From Microbotryum violaceum (Eukaryota): DNA of 64,000 nucleotides. The notes beneath the pieces are model-generated. The model worked only from the letters and a program-made list of their open reading frames with translations, was not told the origin of the DNA and did not search any database. Location of the stretch: the NCBI GenBank assembly GCA_001244265.2, contig CDLV01000006.1, positions 2,728,001-2,792,000 on the forward strand. Direction: 5' to 3'. The first letter of the stretch is position 1; every line of letters begins with the position of its first letter. Of the stretch, positions 62,670-64,000 are shown in pieces. The translations under genes were made by a program, and so were the position numbers.

Positions 62670-63195
62670 GAAACGAGTTGGATCTGTGGGGAGCGAGGTT
62701 TTGGTCTACATGTTGTAATGATACGCGTGAAAACTCTTTCGATAAAATCTGAGGAGGGCCTTTATCGACCGGAAATCGTCGTGTCGCGTGAGCTCGTTAA
62801 GATGACCACCACACCACGAGGGCGGCCACACGCCATCGCCAGCATCGACGAGTTCGGACCCGGTCGCCCGCGCGGCCGTCGGTTGGCCGGCCACCTTCGA
62901 CTCATCTCCAATCTTCTCCAATCTCGCTGCCACGCCCCCTCCGAGAACAAGCGTGAGTCTCAAGATCCGTCTTTACTAGACGTGGGGCGCCTGACTGATC
63001 CTGTTCGTTGCCCCCATTGCTTCACAGTCAAGCCCCCACACTCCAAAAAGAGGGAACAGCGTCTCGCACTTCGCACGACCCCTCTTGACCGGCCACAACA
63101 CAACTTGCTCGTCGCACCACAACCAAGCAAACCTACCACCCACCTCGTAAACCACCACCACCTAGCCACCCCACCCTTCTCTATCTTTGAAAGGC

Positions 63196-63666
63196 ATGCT
63201 CCCCCACGAACTATGTTCGCGCCTTTCGAACGCCTCCGCCTCACGCCATCGATGGGTTCCCTTCACCCCAACCAAACAACACCTCTCCCTCCTCTCCCTC
63301 CTCCTATCCCAAGGATTCATAACCTCCCTATCCCTAGGTTCAACCTCAACTTCTTCCTCTACCCCACCCGATCCAACCACTTTCCACCAAACTAGAATTT
63401 CCCAAAAAAGGATTTGGGCCGAATTAAAATATCGTCAAGAAAGACCGGTTTTAAATAAAATGGAATTGGTTTCAAAACCTTCTAGAAAAGTCGTCTTGGA
63501 TAAGGAGGAATTGAGTAGGTTCGTTAGAGGGAGTAGGGTTAAATTTGTTAGGGGTTTGGGAATGGGTGAAGTTGCGCTTGTTAGGAGTGGGGAGGCGACT
63601 TGGGTTGAGGCTAGAGAAGCTGTGAGGAAAGGTTTGGGTGGGGAGGTTGTTGCTAGAGTTGGCTAG
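63196..63666 (+). CDS. MRPS8: Mitochondrial ribosomal protein uS8m (single exon)
   Basis: MLPHELCSRLSNA...LLLSQGFI...RIWAELKYRQERPVL..MELVSKPSRKV...EAREAVRKGLGGEVVARVG; S8 family pattern. Confidence 0.92.
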   Translation: MLPHELCSRLSNASASRHRWVPFTPTKQHLSLLSLLLSQGFITSLSLGSTSTSSSTPPDPTTFHQTRISQKRIWAELKYRQERPVLNKMELVSKPSRKVVLDKEELSRFVRGSRVKFVRGLGMGEVALVRSGEATWVEAREAVRKGLGGEVVARVG

Positions 63667-64000
63667 GGGTGGAATTTTATAATCTCAAGTTCCAAGGTCA
63701 GAAGACGTCAGGGAGAGAAAAAGGAGAGTCAGCCGAGTGGCGGCTCTCTTCGGAGGGATGGCTTCCCCACGGCGCGGGAAAGGAAGAAAACTTTCATCTC
63801 TATTTCAATCAACGACACTGCATCCGAACGACCAATATCTAAATCCCTCACTCCCCGAATACCAACTCGACCTCATCCACCGCCGGACCCTGATGCGGAG
63901 CCGCCGGTGCAGGTCCGGGACTATTCGGTCCTGCTAACCCCGCTCCACCCACTCCAGCATCCCCACCTTCATCCACCGCGCTCCCACCTGAACTTTCGAG

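Overview
Intron-rich fungal genomic DNA with GT-AG introns; gene content and style suggest a basidiomycete, plausibly Pucciniomycotina/Microbotryum-like (inference only). Repeat-rich blocks alternate with housekeeping blocks. 0.5-1.6 kb: VPS25. 1.7-21.5 kb: repeat block with three diverged ~3 kb copies of a multi-exon DUF6534-like membrane-protein gene, copia and Helitron debris, a decayed Ty1/copia element, and a ~1.4 kb degenerate fold-back. The copia element carries an apparently perfect 410-bp inverted duplication of its own gag, inserted between the 5' LTR and the PBS (candidate hairpin-RNA 'killer' locus). 21.9-39.6 kb: GVP36, PUP1, a NAPE-PLD-like hydrolase, O-GlcNAc transferase, RFT1 and an MFS transporter. 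40.4-57.1 kb: two deleted Helitrons, two short solo-LTR-like elements with TSDs, a MITE, a long-TIR Mutator-like relic, an F-box/WD40/UIM gene, and two paralogous secreted Cys-repeat genes that differ in module number and have patchily homogenised sequence. 58.2-63.7 kb: NPA3/GPN1, RSM10, YAF9 and MRPS8. Exon structures were assembled by eye, so CDS spans include introns and TE boundaries are approximate.
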